DNA of 62,491 bases, filler included, from Chiloscyllium plagiosum (taxonomy: Eukaryota), in NCBI RefSeq assembly GCF_004010195.1. It is 3 parts of 2 records of this genome, joined end to end, with 100 filler letters (N's around TTAATTAATTAA, not from the genome) between each part and the next. Parts side by side here need not be neighbours in the genome. Positions count along the whole stretch, not along the records: positions 1 to 31,356 come from NC_057713.1; 2 more parts are not named here. One strand, written 5' to 3'. The translations under genes were made by a program, and so were the position numbers. Shown piece by piece: positions 11,882 through 25,067 of the stretch (position 1 is the stretch's first letter; the number at the start of each line of letters is the position of its first letter). The notes beneath the pieces are model-generated. The model was not told the origin of the DNA. It did not search any database and saw nothing but the letters and a program-made list of their open reading frames with translations.

Positions 11882-14800
11882 AGATACCTGAGGTGTTCAC
11901 ATAGCAGTCAGGTAAAATGATGCCATAAGATATTTAAAACCCAATCAAATTTAAATTTTACTGTTTTGACAGCATTGAACCAATGAGACAATCAGATGTT
12001 TTGGAGTTATAAAGCAGGAATTTTGGGCAGGTAGCCAGAGAAAGAGCACCACCTGCCATTGTCAGACAGACTGCCCGGAAACCCCCCTCTGTGAAAGGTA
12101 TCTTTGCAGTAGAAGACTGAAAGATGACCCAGGCAGATCTATAAACAGAGGAGAATCAACACCGGAGTCAACAGCCACTTCTGGTTTTGTCAATTAATTT
12201 GCTGTAAATTTAACAGGGGCTTTATCAGATCAGTATATGGTTATAGAGTGGGAGGTAGATACCAAACATTGAAGACAAAGGAGGCTTGGAGTTGTAAATA
12301 GTTGTTGTTTAATGTTCACTTTTGGAGTTAAAGAATAAAATTGTTTTTTTTTCTTTTAAATAGTAAAATTTGGTTAGTTCTCTGTCAATCATACTTTACC
12401 AGATGGTGAGGTGAGCTTTTCTGCACGTTTGGTTTAATTAGCAGAAGGGTTTACCGCTGTGTCGTAACAGTTTGAGGGCACGGGTCCGTGATTTGGACAG
12501 GTTTAGACTGCTCCAGCCTGAGATTTGGACAGATTCGAATAGATTTCGGGTACGAAAGATCCCAGCCGATTTAAACACTTGCTGATTAGTGTCCTCGGTC
12601 TTTAAATAAAACGTAGAACATAGAACACAGAACAATATAGTGGTGAACAGGCCCTTCGGCCCTCGAAATTGCACAGACCTGTGAGCTAATCTAAACTCAT
12701 CTCCCTACACTATCCCATCATCCATGTGCTTAGATAGGTGAGACAATTTGTTTAATTTTTTTTGTAGTTGATTAAATTAAAAGTGAGTGTAATGGCTCCT
12801 TAAATTGCTAAAGAGGTTCTGAAGTTTGAAGATGATTCCCAAATTTGCCAAGACAGTTTAGAAGGAAGGAAAAACACCTTACTTTTAGAATTAACAAAGA
12901 GGTTAGTAGTGCGTTTAGCCAAGGACAAAAGGAAAGCTGAAATTGTAAGGGAGTTACTCAAACTTCAGTGTGTCAGAGAAACAGACAATTGCAGTAGAGT
13001 TCAGAATTACAATTGAGGAAAATGGAATTAGAAGATAAACAGAGCGAAAGGGGGGGTAGAGAGAGAATGTTCTTAGCTGAAAGAGAGAAAAAGAGAGAGA
13101 ATTTGAACTTCAGAAGTTGTGACTTAGTCAGCAAAGTCAAGTTAACAGGATGGGCATGAAAAGAGAAGGTAGTGATATATACAAATATGTAAAACACTGC
13201 CAAATTTTGATGTGAAAGATGTCAAAGTCTTTTTTATTTTATTTGAAAAGTTGGCTAGGCAGATGGAGTGTTCAGAGGACTTATGGATAATGCCAGTTCA
13301 GACTATACTGGTAGGCAGAGCTAGTGAGGTATTTGTTGCACTGTCAGATGAGGGGTCAAGAGATTATGAAGAGGTTAAGGAGGCTATTTTGAGCACTTAT
13401 GAATTGGTACCAGAAGGGTACAGACGACGGTTCAGAAACATAAAGAAGGAACCAGATCAGACTTGTGTTGAGTTCGAAAGAATTAAACATAGTCATTTTG
13501 ATAGATGGGTGCAAGATCTCACTATCATAAATCACAGCACAAAGCAAATACTAAAGAGAAAGCTGAAGGAGTTGAGGTTCGTTTAGCGAATACACTGTTT
13601 GACGTAATGGTGCAGAAAAACCTGAACAGGCAAAGGGTCAGACAGAAGTGTTTAGTTGTGAAAGGCTAACGGACTTACAACAGAAAGACGAGATAATAGA
13701 AGATTTATATATTGGTGCATACTCTGAAAAGGAGGCAGAGAATATTGCTGAGGGTTATTATCACAAAGATAGAATCCTAAGACGAAAATGGAGACCACGG
13801 CAGGTTAGTGCAGAGGAGAAATGGGCCGAAGTGCACCAAATTGTGTTGCTGATAGCACACAGACAGAAGGTGTTACAGGTAGCACATGAACTACCAGTAG
13901 GAAGTAGGGGTACAAAAGACTCGGGCTAAGGTACAAATTATTTTTATTGGCCTGGAATACATAAGGATGTGGATAAACTTTGCCGTACGTGTCATACATG
14001 TCAAATAGTAGGTAAGCCACAGGTGGTAATAAAACCAACACCTTTGTTGCCAATTCTTGCTTTTGAAGAACCTTTCACGTGGGTTATGATTGAATGTGTA
14101 GGTCCCCTCCTGAGAAGTGGGAAGTAGTACTTGTTAACCATAATGGATGTGTCTCCCAGATTTCCAGAGACAATTCCAATATGGAGTATTAAGGCAAAGA
14201 GGGTGGTATAGGAGTTAGTAGCTTTCTTGACCAGGTATGGGCTACCCAGAGAGATTCAAGCAGACCAAGGGTCTAATTTTACTGCTAAGCTGTTTAAGGG
14301 GGTTATGGGTAGCTTAGGCATATAGCACTTTAAATCAAGTGCATATCATCCTGAATCCCAGGGAGCTTTGGAAAGGTGGCATCAAACCCTGAAGACCATG
14401 TTGGGAGCGTACTGTCAGGATTACCTGAATAATTGGGATAAAGGAATCTCATTCATATTGTTTGCCACTAGAGATGCCCCAAATGAATCTATTCGGTTTA
14501 CTCCCTTTACGTTAATATTTGGGTATGAAGTGAGAGGTCCTTTAATTAATTTCAAAGAGAAATTGACAGGACCAAAGTTGGAGATCTCACACTTGGATTA
14601 TGTATCGGAGGTGAGGGAGAGATTAAATCGAGTTGGCTAAGCAGCACCTGAAGAGTGCACAGCATAGAATGAAGCAGGTGGCAGATAAAATGTCAGAAAT
14701 TTGGATGTTTTCCCATGAGGACCTCGTATAGTATTGTTACCAGTGGTAGGAATTCCTTCAAAGCCAGATTTAGTGGACCCTATCAAATTGAGAAAAAGGT

Positions 14801-17634
14801 AAACTATCTGGTAAAGATGCCAGATAGGGAAAAACTGTATCGGGTATGTCATGTGAATATGTTGAAACCGTATTATAATAGAGTGAAGGAACAGGAGAAA
14901 CAGGTTTTAGTTACTGCCCTGCAGAGTGAGGAATCAAATCCAGATGTTGTGGATTTTGATGTGCCTCAAAATATGTTAAACAATGATGAAGTCCTTGAGT
15001 GGGATAGGTTAATAAACGATCAGTCCCAGGAGCAAAGAACACAATTGAAAGGTTTGTTGCAGCAAAATGAGGACATATGCAAGAATAAGATGGAGAGGAC
15101 TAATGCTATTGTGCATGAGGTAGAAGTAGGGAATGCTGTTCCGATAAAACAACACCCCTACAGGCTTAATCCTTTCAAGGCCACACAGTCCAGAAGGAAG
15201 TGGATGCAATGCTCAACAAAGAAATCAAAGTGAGTCAGAGCGAGTGGAGTTGGCCGATTGTGTTAGTTCCAAAACCTGACGGGGCTCGACGATTTTGCGT
15301 GGACTATTGGAAGGTCAACGCCGTAACAAAATCGGACTTATGTTCAATACCAAGATTGGAGGACTGTATACAGAAAGTTGGACAAGACAGAGAAATCACA
15401 AAGTTGTACTTATTGTATGTTCATTGGCAGGTACCTTTTTCAGAGAAAGCAAAATAAATTTCTGCATTTGTAACCCCAGGATGGGCTGTATCAATTCAAA
15501 GTAATGCCCTTTGGAATGACAAACGCACCCTCTGCATTCCAAATTGCTGCAACAAACCTTTCAATTGTGTTCTTTGCTCCTGGGACTGATAGTTTACAAA
15601 CCTATCCCACTCCTCCGGGACTTTGTCATTGTTTAACATATTTTGAGGCACATCAAAACCCACAACATCTGGATTTGAACAAAGTTGTGGCTGGCTTAAC
15701 AAACTGTGCAGTCTATCTGGATGATGCAGTGATCTTTAGTGTATCCTGGAAGAATCACATGGTACAGTTGGTAGAGCTCTTTGAACAATTGCTCTTTGAA
15801 GCAAAACTGGTAATAAATTTAAAGGAAACAGAATTTGCGAAAGCAGAGGTGATGTTCTTGGGACATAACTTCGGTCACGGAAGATTGACCCAAGGAACCA
15901 AAGACGAAGGCCATGGAGGAATTTCTACAACCAACCTTGAAGAAAGAGGTGCTTCCATTTTTGGGACTAAGCGAATTCTACCGTAAGTTTGTTCCAAATG
16001 TCAGCAGTGTAGTGGCACCATTAACAGATTCACTGAAGAAGTACGCAAAATTTCGGTGGACAGGACAATGCCAGGAGGCATTTGACAATTTAAATCAGTA
16101 TTAACCACCGCACCAGTTTTAGCTACACCAAACTTTTTGAAACCCTCCAAAGTTGCAATCGATGCTAGTGACATAGGAGATGGAGCCGTATTGCTACAGG
16201 AAGATGATGATGGAACTGAACTGCTAGTTGGTTACTTTTCAAGGAAACTCAACACCCACCAGAGAAAATACTCTACGATCGAAAAAGAATTATTGAGTTT
16301 GGTACTGGCTTTACAACATTTTAATGTTTATGTGGTGAACAATGTGTCGGAGACGGTTGTGTACACAGATCACAATCCTGTTACATTCTTGGAAGGATTT
16401 AAAGACAAGAATATGAGACTCTTTCATTTGAGTCTTATGTTACAGATTTTTAATTTGTAAATTTTATATGCTGCGGCTCGTAGGAATGTGATAGTCGATG
16501 TGTTATTGCAGATTTAACAGATAAAGTATAGTTAAGATTGAACAGACCCATGTTATATGTGTGTGCAAAAGTTAATACGCCCTTGGATTAATGTCCTATG
16601 TATTTCATGGTAATGGGGTTAAGAAATAGAAAAAAAAATGAAGCCATCTTTTCATTGTGATGGTTCATTTTTTTTCTTAAGGGGGGAGGTGTTATGAAGT
16701 TGAAGGTGTGTACTGTACCTTTGAGAGAGTGAAAACTGTCAAGTTCTTGTCATGTGACTGACTTGCAGACAGTGTGCTGCAAAATTGAAAGATGTGACAT
16801 ATTGTTGTAACCTAGATACCTGAGTTGTTTTCACAGCAGTTCAAAGTTAACCAATCTGTTTAAAAGATGCCCCCAGATACTAAAACCCAATCAAATTTGA
16901 ATTTTATTATTTTGACAGTATTGCACCCATGAGATGGTCCGATGTTTTGGGGTATAAAAAGCAGGCATTTTGGGCAGGTAGCCCGAGAAAGAGCACTACC
17001 TGCCATTGTCAGACAGACGGCCCGAAAACCCTCTCTGTGAAAGGTACTTTTGTCATATGAAGTTAAAAATCACACAACATCAAGTTATAGTCCAACAGGT
17101 TTAATTGGAAGCACACTAGCTTTCGGAGCGACGCTCTGAAAGCTAGTGTGCTTCCAATTAAACCTGTTGGACTATAACCTGGTGTTGTGTGATTTTTAAC
17201 TTTGTACACCCCAGTCCAACACCGGCATCTCCAAATCATGACTACTTTGTCATATGAAACATCTTTGCAGCAGAAGACTGAAAGATGACCCAGGGAGATC
17301 TACAAACAGAGGAGAATCAACACCGGAGACAACAGCCACTGTCTGGTTTTGTCAATTATTTGCTGTAAATTTAACAGGGGCTTTATCAGATCAGTATATG
17401 GTTATAGAGTGGGAGGTAAATACCAAACCTTGAAGACAAAGGAGGCTTGGAGTTGTAAATAGTTGTTGTTTAATGTTCACTTTTGGAGTTAAAGGATAAA
17501 ATTGTTTGTTTTTCTTTAAATAGTGGAATTTGGGTAGTTCTCTGTCACTCATACTTTAACAGTTGATGAGGTAAGGTGAGCTTTTCTGCACGGTTGGTTT
17601 AATTAGTAGAAGGGTTTACCACTGTGTCGTAACA
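11882..17634 (+). mobile_element. Gmr1-type Ty3/Gypsy LTR retrotransposon, decayed (gag-INT-RT-RNaseH)
   Basis: 5' LTR about 11882-12469 (truncated) and 3' LTR 16690-17634 (TGTTA...TAACA); degenerate tRNA-Pro-like PBS after 12469; PPT GGGGGGAGG at 16681-16689; gag about 12790-13510; integrase YWPG/CxxC about 13945 and ERWHQTLK...WD 14368-14640; RT MPFG...YLDD 15200-15900; RNase H DAS...YSTIEKE...TDH 16137-16460. Confidence 0.92.
17062..17245. mobile_element. Palindromic Penelope-like mini-element inserted in the 3' LTR
   Basis: About 140-bp hairpin 17060-17202 plus a 3' tail; TSD TTTGTCATATGAA at 17049-17061 and 17246-17258; related decayed copy at about 46905-47072. Confidence 0.75.
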
Positions 17635-17670
17635 GTTTATCGAAAAAGCTAATATTCAATTACTTTGTGA

Positions 17671-17970
<300 letters not shown>

Positions 17971-17976
17971 TAATAA

Positions 17977-18120
<144 letters not shown>

Positions 18121-18137
18121 TGATTTAATTCTAAGCA

Positions 18138-19406
18138 GTCTTGAAACGGTTAAAGGTGGATAAATCCCCAGGACCTGATCAGGTGTACCCGAGAACTCTG
18201 TGGGAAGCTAGAGAAGTGATTGCTGGACCTCTTGCTGAAATATTTGTATCATCGATAGTCACAGGTGAGGTGCCGGAAGACTGGAGGTTGGCAAATGTGG
18301 TGCCACTGTTTAAGAAGGGCAGTAAAGACAAGCCAGGGAACTATAGACCAGTGAGCCTGACCTCGGTNNNNNNNNNNNNNNNNNNNNNNNNNNNNNNNNN
18401 NNNNNNNNNNNNNNNNNNNNNNNNNNNNNNNNNNNNNNNNNNNNNNNNNNNNNNNNNNNNNNNNNNNNNNNNNNNNNNNNNNNNNNNNNNNNNNNNNNNN
18501 NNNNNNNNNNNNNNNNNNNNNNNNNNNNNNNNNNNNNNNNNNNNNNNNNNNNNNNNNNNNNNNNNNNNNNNNNNNNNNNNNNNNNNNNNNNNNNNNNNNN
18601 NNNNNNNNNNNNNNNNNNNNNNNNNNNNNNNNNNNNNNNNNNNNNNNNNNNNNNNNNNNNNNNNNNNNNNNNNNNNNNNNNNNNNNNNNNNNNNNNNNNN
18701 NNNNNNNNNNNNNNNNNNNNNNNNNNNNNNNNNNNNNNNNNNNNNNNNNNNNNNNNNNNNNNNNNNNNNNNNNNNNNNNNNNNNNNNNNNNNNNNNNNNN
18801 NNNNNNNNNNNNNNNNNNNNNNNNNNNNNNNNNNNNNNNNNNNNNNNNNNNNNNNNNNNNNNNNNNNNNNNNNNNNNNNNNNNNNNNNNNNNNNNNNNNN
18901 NNNNNNNNNNNNNNNNNNNNNNNNNNNNNNNNNNNNNNNNNNNNNNNNNNNNNNNNNNNNNNNNNNNNNNNNNNNNNNNNNNNNNNNNNNNNNTGGGGCT
19001 GTTTTCCCTGGAGCATCGGAGGCTGAGGGGTGACCTTATAGAGGTTTACAAAATTATGAGGGGCATGGATAGGATAAATAGACAAAGTCTTTTCCCTGGG
19101 GTCTGGGAGGCCAGAACTAGAGGGCATAGGTTTAGGGTGAGAGGGGAAAGATATAAAAGAGACCTCAGGGGCAACTTTTTCACACAGTGGGTGGTACGTG
19201 TATGGAATGAGCTGCCAGAGGATGTGGTGGAGGCTGGTACAATTGCAACATTTGAGAGGCATTTGGATGGGTATACGAATAGGAAGGGTTTGAAGGGATA
19301 TGGGCCGGATTTTGGCAGGTGGGACTAGATTGGGTTGGGATATCTGGTCAGCATGGACAGGTTGGACCGAAGGGCCTGTTTCCATGCTGTACATCTGTGA
19401 CTCTCT
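18138..19406 (+). mobile_element. Young 5'-truncated CR1 LINE (gap inside)
   Basis: KSPGPDQVYPRTL...GNYRPVSLTS...FSLEHRRLRGDLIEVYK...WNELP. Confidence 0.92.
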
Positions 19407-19678
19407 ACTTTGATAGCATTTTGAAAATCTCTTGAAAGCAATTTGGAATCCATTGGGGTTCCAGATAGCCATATAAACTGGGGAAAAAATTGTCAAATCG
19501 GATGTGCAGCAGACTGGTTGTTTGTATTTCTCGCTTCAAAATCAATTTCTTTTAGTGCAAGCTGTAGTTATGCTTGCATTTCCCATTTGCATTTATGTAA
19601 TGCCAGCTGCTTAAATATTTACTGTTGCATTAGTTTTTTTAATCTGTTGAAGAATGTCTGTTAGCTCAGTTTGCTGGA

Positions 19679-19861
19679 AAAGCGCAGCAGGTCAGGCAGC
19701 ATCAAAGGAGAAGGAGAATTGACGTTTTGGGCATAAGCCCTTCTTCAGGCTTATGCCCGAAACGTCGATTCTCCTTCTCCTTTGCTGCCTGACCTGCTGC
19801 GCTTTTCCAGCAACACATTTTTAAGCTCTGATCCCCAGCATCTGCAGTCCTCACTTTCTCC
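19679..19861. mobile_element. Fold-back Penelope-like terminal-repeat element inserted in a tRNA-SINE head
   Basis: Inverted arms; TSD TAGCTCAGTTTGCTGGA at 19662-19678 and 19862-19878; the host SINE continues to about 20060 (B box GTTCAATTCC). Confidence 0.8.
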
Positions 19862-20116
19862 TAGCTCAGTTTGCTGGACAGCTGGTTTGTGAGTTACAGT
19901 GATGCCAACAGCGTGTGTTCAATTCCCACACCGACTGAGGTTACCATGAAGGTCTGTCCTTTTCAACCTCTGCCTTCAGAGATGGGGTGTCTCAGGTTAA
20001 ACCACCACCAATCAGCTCCCTGTAATGAGAGTGCAGCCCTGTGGTCTAGTAGAACTAACGTGAATTCACCCTCTATATGTTGAGCCCAGCAACAAGATTC
20101 TTCTGAATAGTCATTC

Positions 20117-20806
20117 ATTCATTGGCCAATCCTTCCAGATGACAATGACTGTTTTCCACTTTTAGGGCGGTCTGTGGGTGGCTGTACACACCAATGCGTC
20201 TACTACAGACTCTTCAATTTGGGGCAAGTGGTGGTCAGGGGAATGGGTAGGTGGGACATTGGTGTGACAGTGCACTCCTTTCACTGTTTTCATCTGGCTT
20301 CTGCTGTTTCCTGACAGCAGGTGCACAATGTCTTTCTGAATGTTGCTCTTGCATTTTGGACAGTCTTGAACCAGTGAATCCCAGGTGTCAGTGGGAATGC
20401 TGCAATTCGCTAGTGAGGCCTTGAGGGTATCACTGAAGCTTTTCCTGTGTCCACCTCGGGCTCGTCTGCTGTTTCAGAACTGGGAGCAGAGCACATCATG
20501 TTGATCATGGGGACAACATACTCAGCCCATCGTAACCGATCGGGGGGGGGTCAGTGTCTAGATACGTTGGATGTTGGCCTGGTTGAGGACGCTGGTGTTG
20601 GTATGTCTTCTTTCCCAGCAGATTCACAGGATGTTGCAGAGGCAGTGTTGGTGGTACTGCTTCAGCACCTTGAGGTGCCTGCTGTAGACAGTCCACATCT
20701 CAGAGCCATATCGGAGGGTGGGAACTGCCACAGCTCTGTACCATGAGCTTGGTGTCAGATCTGATGTTGATCTGAACAGTACATCACCACAAATACATGT
20801 TCCCAT
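20117..20806 (-). mobile_element. RTE-clade (BovB-like) LINE 3' fragment
   Basis: YRAVAVPTLRYGSEMWTVYSRHLKVLKQYHQHCLCNIL, a typical RTE post-RT motif. Confidence 0.75.
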
Positions 20807-21239
20807 TTTGCATTTTTTTTAGCCTTTGCTCACCTGTGGAATGTGAATTTTGCAGACCCAAACCTAACAGTGATATGAATAGAAGGAATGTTGACTGCTT
20901 GTTTGTAAATCCTAATTTTTCCTCTTTGAAACTCTAGGTTTTAATGTTCAGATCAGATCATTAATGGTAATATAACTTCACAGTAGGCAGAAAGGTGAAA
21001 GGAAAATGAAAACAGTTGCAGTGACTTTCAGAGTATAGCGAGATATTTGTTTGGAAAACCTAACCAAAGTGAATTTGAAAATTTATTGCTTTTGTGAATA
21101 CCCTCACATAAGACTGCTTTGTGTCCAATAAAATAAAAAGACCAGGAGCTCTAAGATGCCTGTCAGGTATTTGGTGATTGTTTTTGACCACAAATGCGAT
21201 GGGCTGAAGTGTCTTTTTCTGTGTTACAGATCTTTAATT

Positions 21240-21610
21240 GGGCGGCACGGTGGCATTCTTCAACAGATTAAAAAAACTAATGCAACAGTAAATATTTATG
21301 TTTAGTCAATGTTATTTTAAGCAGCTGGCCTCACAGCGCCAGAGACCCGGGTTCAATTCCCGCCTCAGGCGACTGACTGTGTGGAGTTTGCACGTTCTCC
21401 CCATGTCTGTGTGGGTTTCCTCCGGGTGCTCCGGTTTCCTCCCACAGTCCAAAGATGTGCAGGGTTAGGTGAATTGGCCATACTAAATTGCCCATAGTGT
21501 TAGGTAAGGGGTAAATGTAGGGGTATGGTTGGGTTTCGCTTCGGCGGGTCGGTGTGGACTTGTTGGGCCGAAGGGCCTGTTTCCTCACTGTAATCTAATC
21601 TAATCTAATC
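21240..21610 (+). mobile_element. HE1-type V-SINE with an internal templated insertion
   Basis: GGGCGGCACGGTGGCA head, V-domain, (CTAAT)n tail; 21254-21329 is foreign sequence. Confidence 0.85.
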
Positions 21611-21711
21611 CCTATGTTTATTCATTGCTGAAGAAGATCTGGTGCCCTAATCTTTGCTCAACATTAAAATTTTCAGCTTTGTTTCTTTATTAATTGTCCT
21701 TGTTTAAGGAC

Positions 21712-23650
21712 AGACAACATTAGAACACAGTACAGGTCCTTTGGTGACCTGTGAAACCACTCTAAAGCTGATCCAACCTACACTATTCCATTATCATCCT
21801 TAGGTTTATCCAATGACCATTTAAACGCCCTTAAAGTTGGCAAGTCTACTACTGTTGCAGGCGGATCTTTCCACGCCCTTACTAGTCTCTGAGTAAAGAA
21901 CCTACCTCTGACATCTGTCCTTTATCTATCAACCCTCACTTGAAAGCTATGTCCCCTCGTGCTAGCCATCACCTTCCGAGGAAAAAGGTTCTCACTGTCC
22001 ACGCTATCTAACCCTCTGATTATCTTATATTCAATTAAGTCACCTCTTAACCACCTCCTCTCTAATGAAAACTGCCTCAAATCCCTCAGTCTTTCTTCAT
22101 AAGACCTTCCCTCCATACCAGGCAACATCCTGGTAAATCTCCTCTGCACCCTTTCCAAAGCTTCCACATCCTTCCTATAATGCGGTGACCAGAACTGTAT
22201 GCAGTATTCCAAGTGTGGCCGCACCAGAGTTTTGTACAGCTGCAAGATGACTTCTTGGCTCTGAAATTCAATCCCTCTACCAATGAAAACTAACACATCG
22301 TACACCACCTTAACAATCTTATTAACCTGGGTGGCAACTTTCAGACCTATGTACTTGGGCATCGAGATCTCTCTGCTCATTTACACTACCAAGAATCTTA
22401 CCATTAGCCCAGTACTCTGTATTCCTGGTACCCCTTCCAAAGTGAATCCCCTCACACTTTTCCACATTAACCTCCATTTGCCACCTCTCAGCAGAGCTCT
22501 GCAGCTTATCTATATCCCTCTGTAACCTGCAACATCCTTCTGCACTGTCCACAACTCTACCAACTTTAGTGTCATCAGCAAATTTACTAACCTATCCTTC
22601 TATGCCCTCATCCAGGTCATTTATAAAAATGACAAACAGCGGCGGCCCTAAAACAGATCCTTGCAGTACACCAATAGTGACTGAACTCCAGGATGAACGT
22701 TTCCCATCAACCACCACCCTCTGTCTTCTTTCAGCTAGCCAATTTCTGATCCAAACTGCTGAATCACCCTCAATCCCATGCCTCCGTATTTTGTGCAATA
22801 GCCTACTGTAGGGAACATTATCAAATGCTTTACTGAAATCCATAAACATCACATCAATTGCTTTACCCTCATCCATCTGTTTGGTCACCTTCTTAACTCA
22901 ATAAGGTTTGTGAGGCACAACCTACCCTTCATAAAACCATGTTGACTATCCCTAATCAAATAATTCCTTTCTAGATTATTATAAATCCTATTTCTTATAA
23001 TCCTTTCCAACACTTTACTCTTCTTGAACAAGGAGACAACATTTGCTATCCTCCAGTCTTCTGTCACTATTTCTGTAGACAATGGTGACATGAAGATCAA
23101 AGCCAAAGGCTCAGCAATTTCCTCCCTGGCTTCCCAGAGAAACCTCAGATGAATCCCATCCGGCCCAGGGGATTTACCAATTTTCACACTTTCCAGAATT
23201 GCTAACACCTCCTCCTTGTGAACCTCAGTCCCATCTATTCTCGTAGCCTGCATCTCAGTATTCTCCTCGACAACATTGTCTTTTTCCTGTGTGAATACTG
23301 ATGAAGAATGTTATTTAGCGCCTCTCCTATCTCCTCAGACTGCATAACTTCCCACTACTGTCCTTGATTGGCTCTAATCTTACTCTAGCCATTCTTTTAT
23401 TCCTGACATACCTATAGAAAGCTTTAGGGTTTTCCATGATCCTTTCTGCTAAAAGACTTCTCACATCCCCTCCTGGCTCCTATTAGCTCTCTCTATCGGC
23501 TCTTCCTGGCTAACTTTTAACTGTCAAGCACGCTAACTGAGCCTTCACATATCATCTTTAAATAAGCCTCTTTCCTCTTGATAAGAAATTCAACTTATTT
23601 AGTAAACAATGGCTCCCTCACCCGACCACTTCCTCCCTGCCTGGGGCTCC
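21712..23650 (-). mobile_element. CR1 LINE ORF2 fragment
   Basis: [46 protein letters not shown]. Confidence 0.93.
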
Positions 23651-24657
23651 AAAATCAACTGCTTCCATTCAGACTTTGCTTCTTTTTGATATTGCTGAAA
23701 GTAGCGTACTCTTATTGTACTTGTGTCTGGGTTGCTTCTCCTGGCTGACATCCTTTTCTCAATAGGTTTCAGCTCATTCAAAGCTGCAGATATCCTTTTT
23801 GTACCTATTGTCTACTCACTTGTAATCTTTGTATTTATTGACCAACATGCCAAAAGACCAGTTCCCTCATGCCTCTCTCAAAATTGTTATCAGTCTGTTT
23901 AAATGACTTCTTAACCAAATTGTTTCCTATATTATCTGTAAAATTTTCTTCAACCCTACAGCTTTATGAGAATGGTACATTATTTCAGTTCTGTCATCTT
24001 GTGCATCTCCTATGTTACAGTTAATAGCTGTGCCTTCAACCATTCAGGTGTTAAGCTCTAGAATCCCATCTTAATATCTCTGCATTTCCTTAAAACCCAG
24101 CTTTGAATGAAATGCCTACACTACAACCCTGCCATACATTTTTGGCTTGACTTTCAATGTTATTTGACTTTCTTCTGTGAAATGCCTTGAGATGTGTTTC
24201 TATATTAAAAGCATTATATAAATACAAGTAATCTTGCAACTTGGTCTGAGTTCAATTATAGTGTAAGCTGAAATTAAAGTTAGCTAAAATGAATTCCTAC
24301 ATAAAATAATATGGGACAGGGTCTACTTGGTCTCATTGTGAGCTCACGATGCAAAATTGCCTATAGATGGTGCATGTGTCAATTTCACTCAAAAAGATCA
24401 TAATGTTGAGTTATATGAGACGACATTATGCAGAGTGTGGGGCTGAAACATTTTTAGTGTAAAATAAATATGGTAATTTGCATTTGCTGTGCCTATTAAC
24501 AGTGAGTGCCCAAAATGGTAACATGGATCTTTCCTGTTAGTTAGTGCGAAGATTTGGTGTGTTGGTAACACAATGAGTTTTCAAAACATCTAGCCATGTT
24601 CTGTAAGTTGAAATCAAGTAGAGTAAGTAGGAAATTCATAATGTTCTTTCATTTTAG

Positions 24658-24792
<135 letters not shown>

Positions 24793-24893
24793 TGAAGGAT
24801 CAAGTAAAGCAAAACCTAATAACTTCAGCTGCACCTAGCCCAGTATAATACTGTAAATTCAGGGACTGATTATTTCTCTACATTACTTGACTG

Positions 24894-25067
24894 CAGAGGA
24901 AACTCAATTATCCGGCATTCGATGATCCGAATATCGGATTATCCGGCAAAATTGCAAGGTCCCGATGCTTGGCTAAACTGTATCATCCAGCATTTGATTA
25001 CCTGGAATTCAGTTAACCGAACAAAATACTCCCCACCTGTGTCCTTCAGATAATTGAGGTCCCTCTG
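24894..25067. mobile_element. Tc1/mariner-Tigger-like MITE
   Basis: TIRs CAGAGGAAACTCAATTATCCG / CAGATAATTGAGGTCCCTCTG followed by TA; internal TTATCCG subrepeats; related partial copy at 59403-59544. Confidence 0.6.

Noticed and set aside
19602..21329. 1.6-kb inversion bounded by inverted duplications
   Set aside because: The HE1 SINE head and body on either side of the right-hand copy are collinear, which fits a templated insertion instead.
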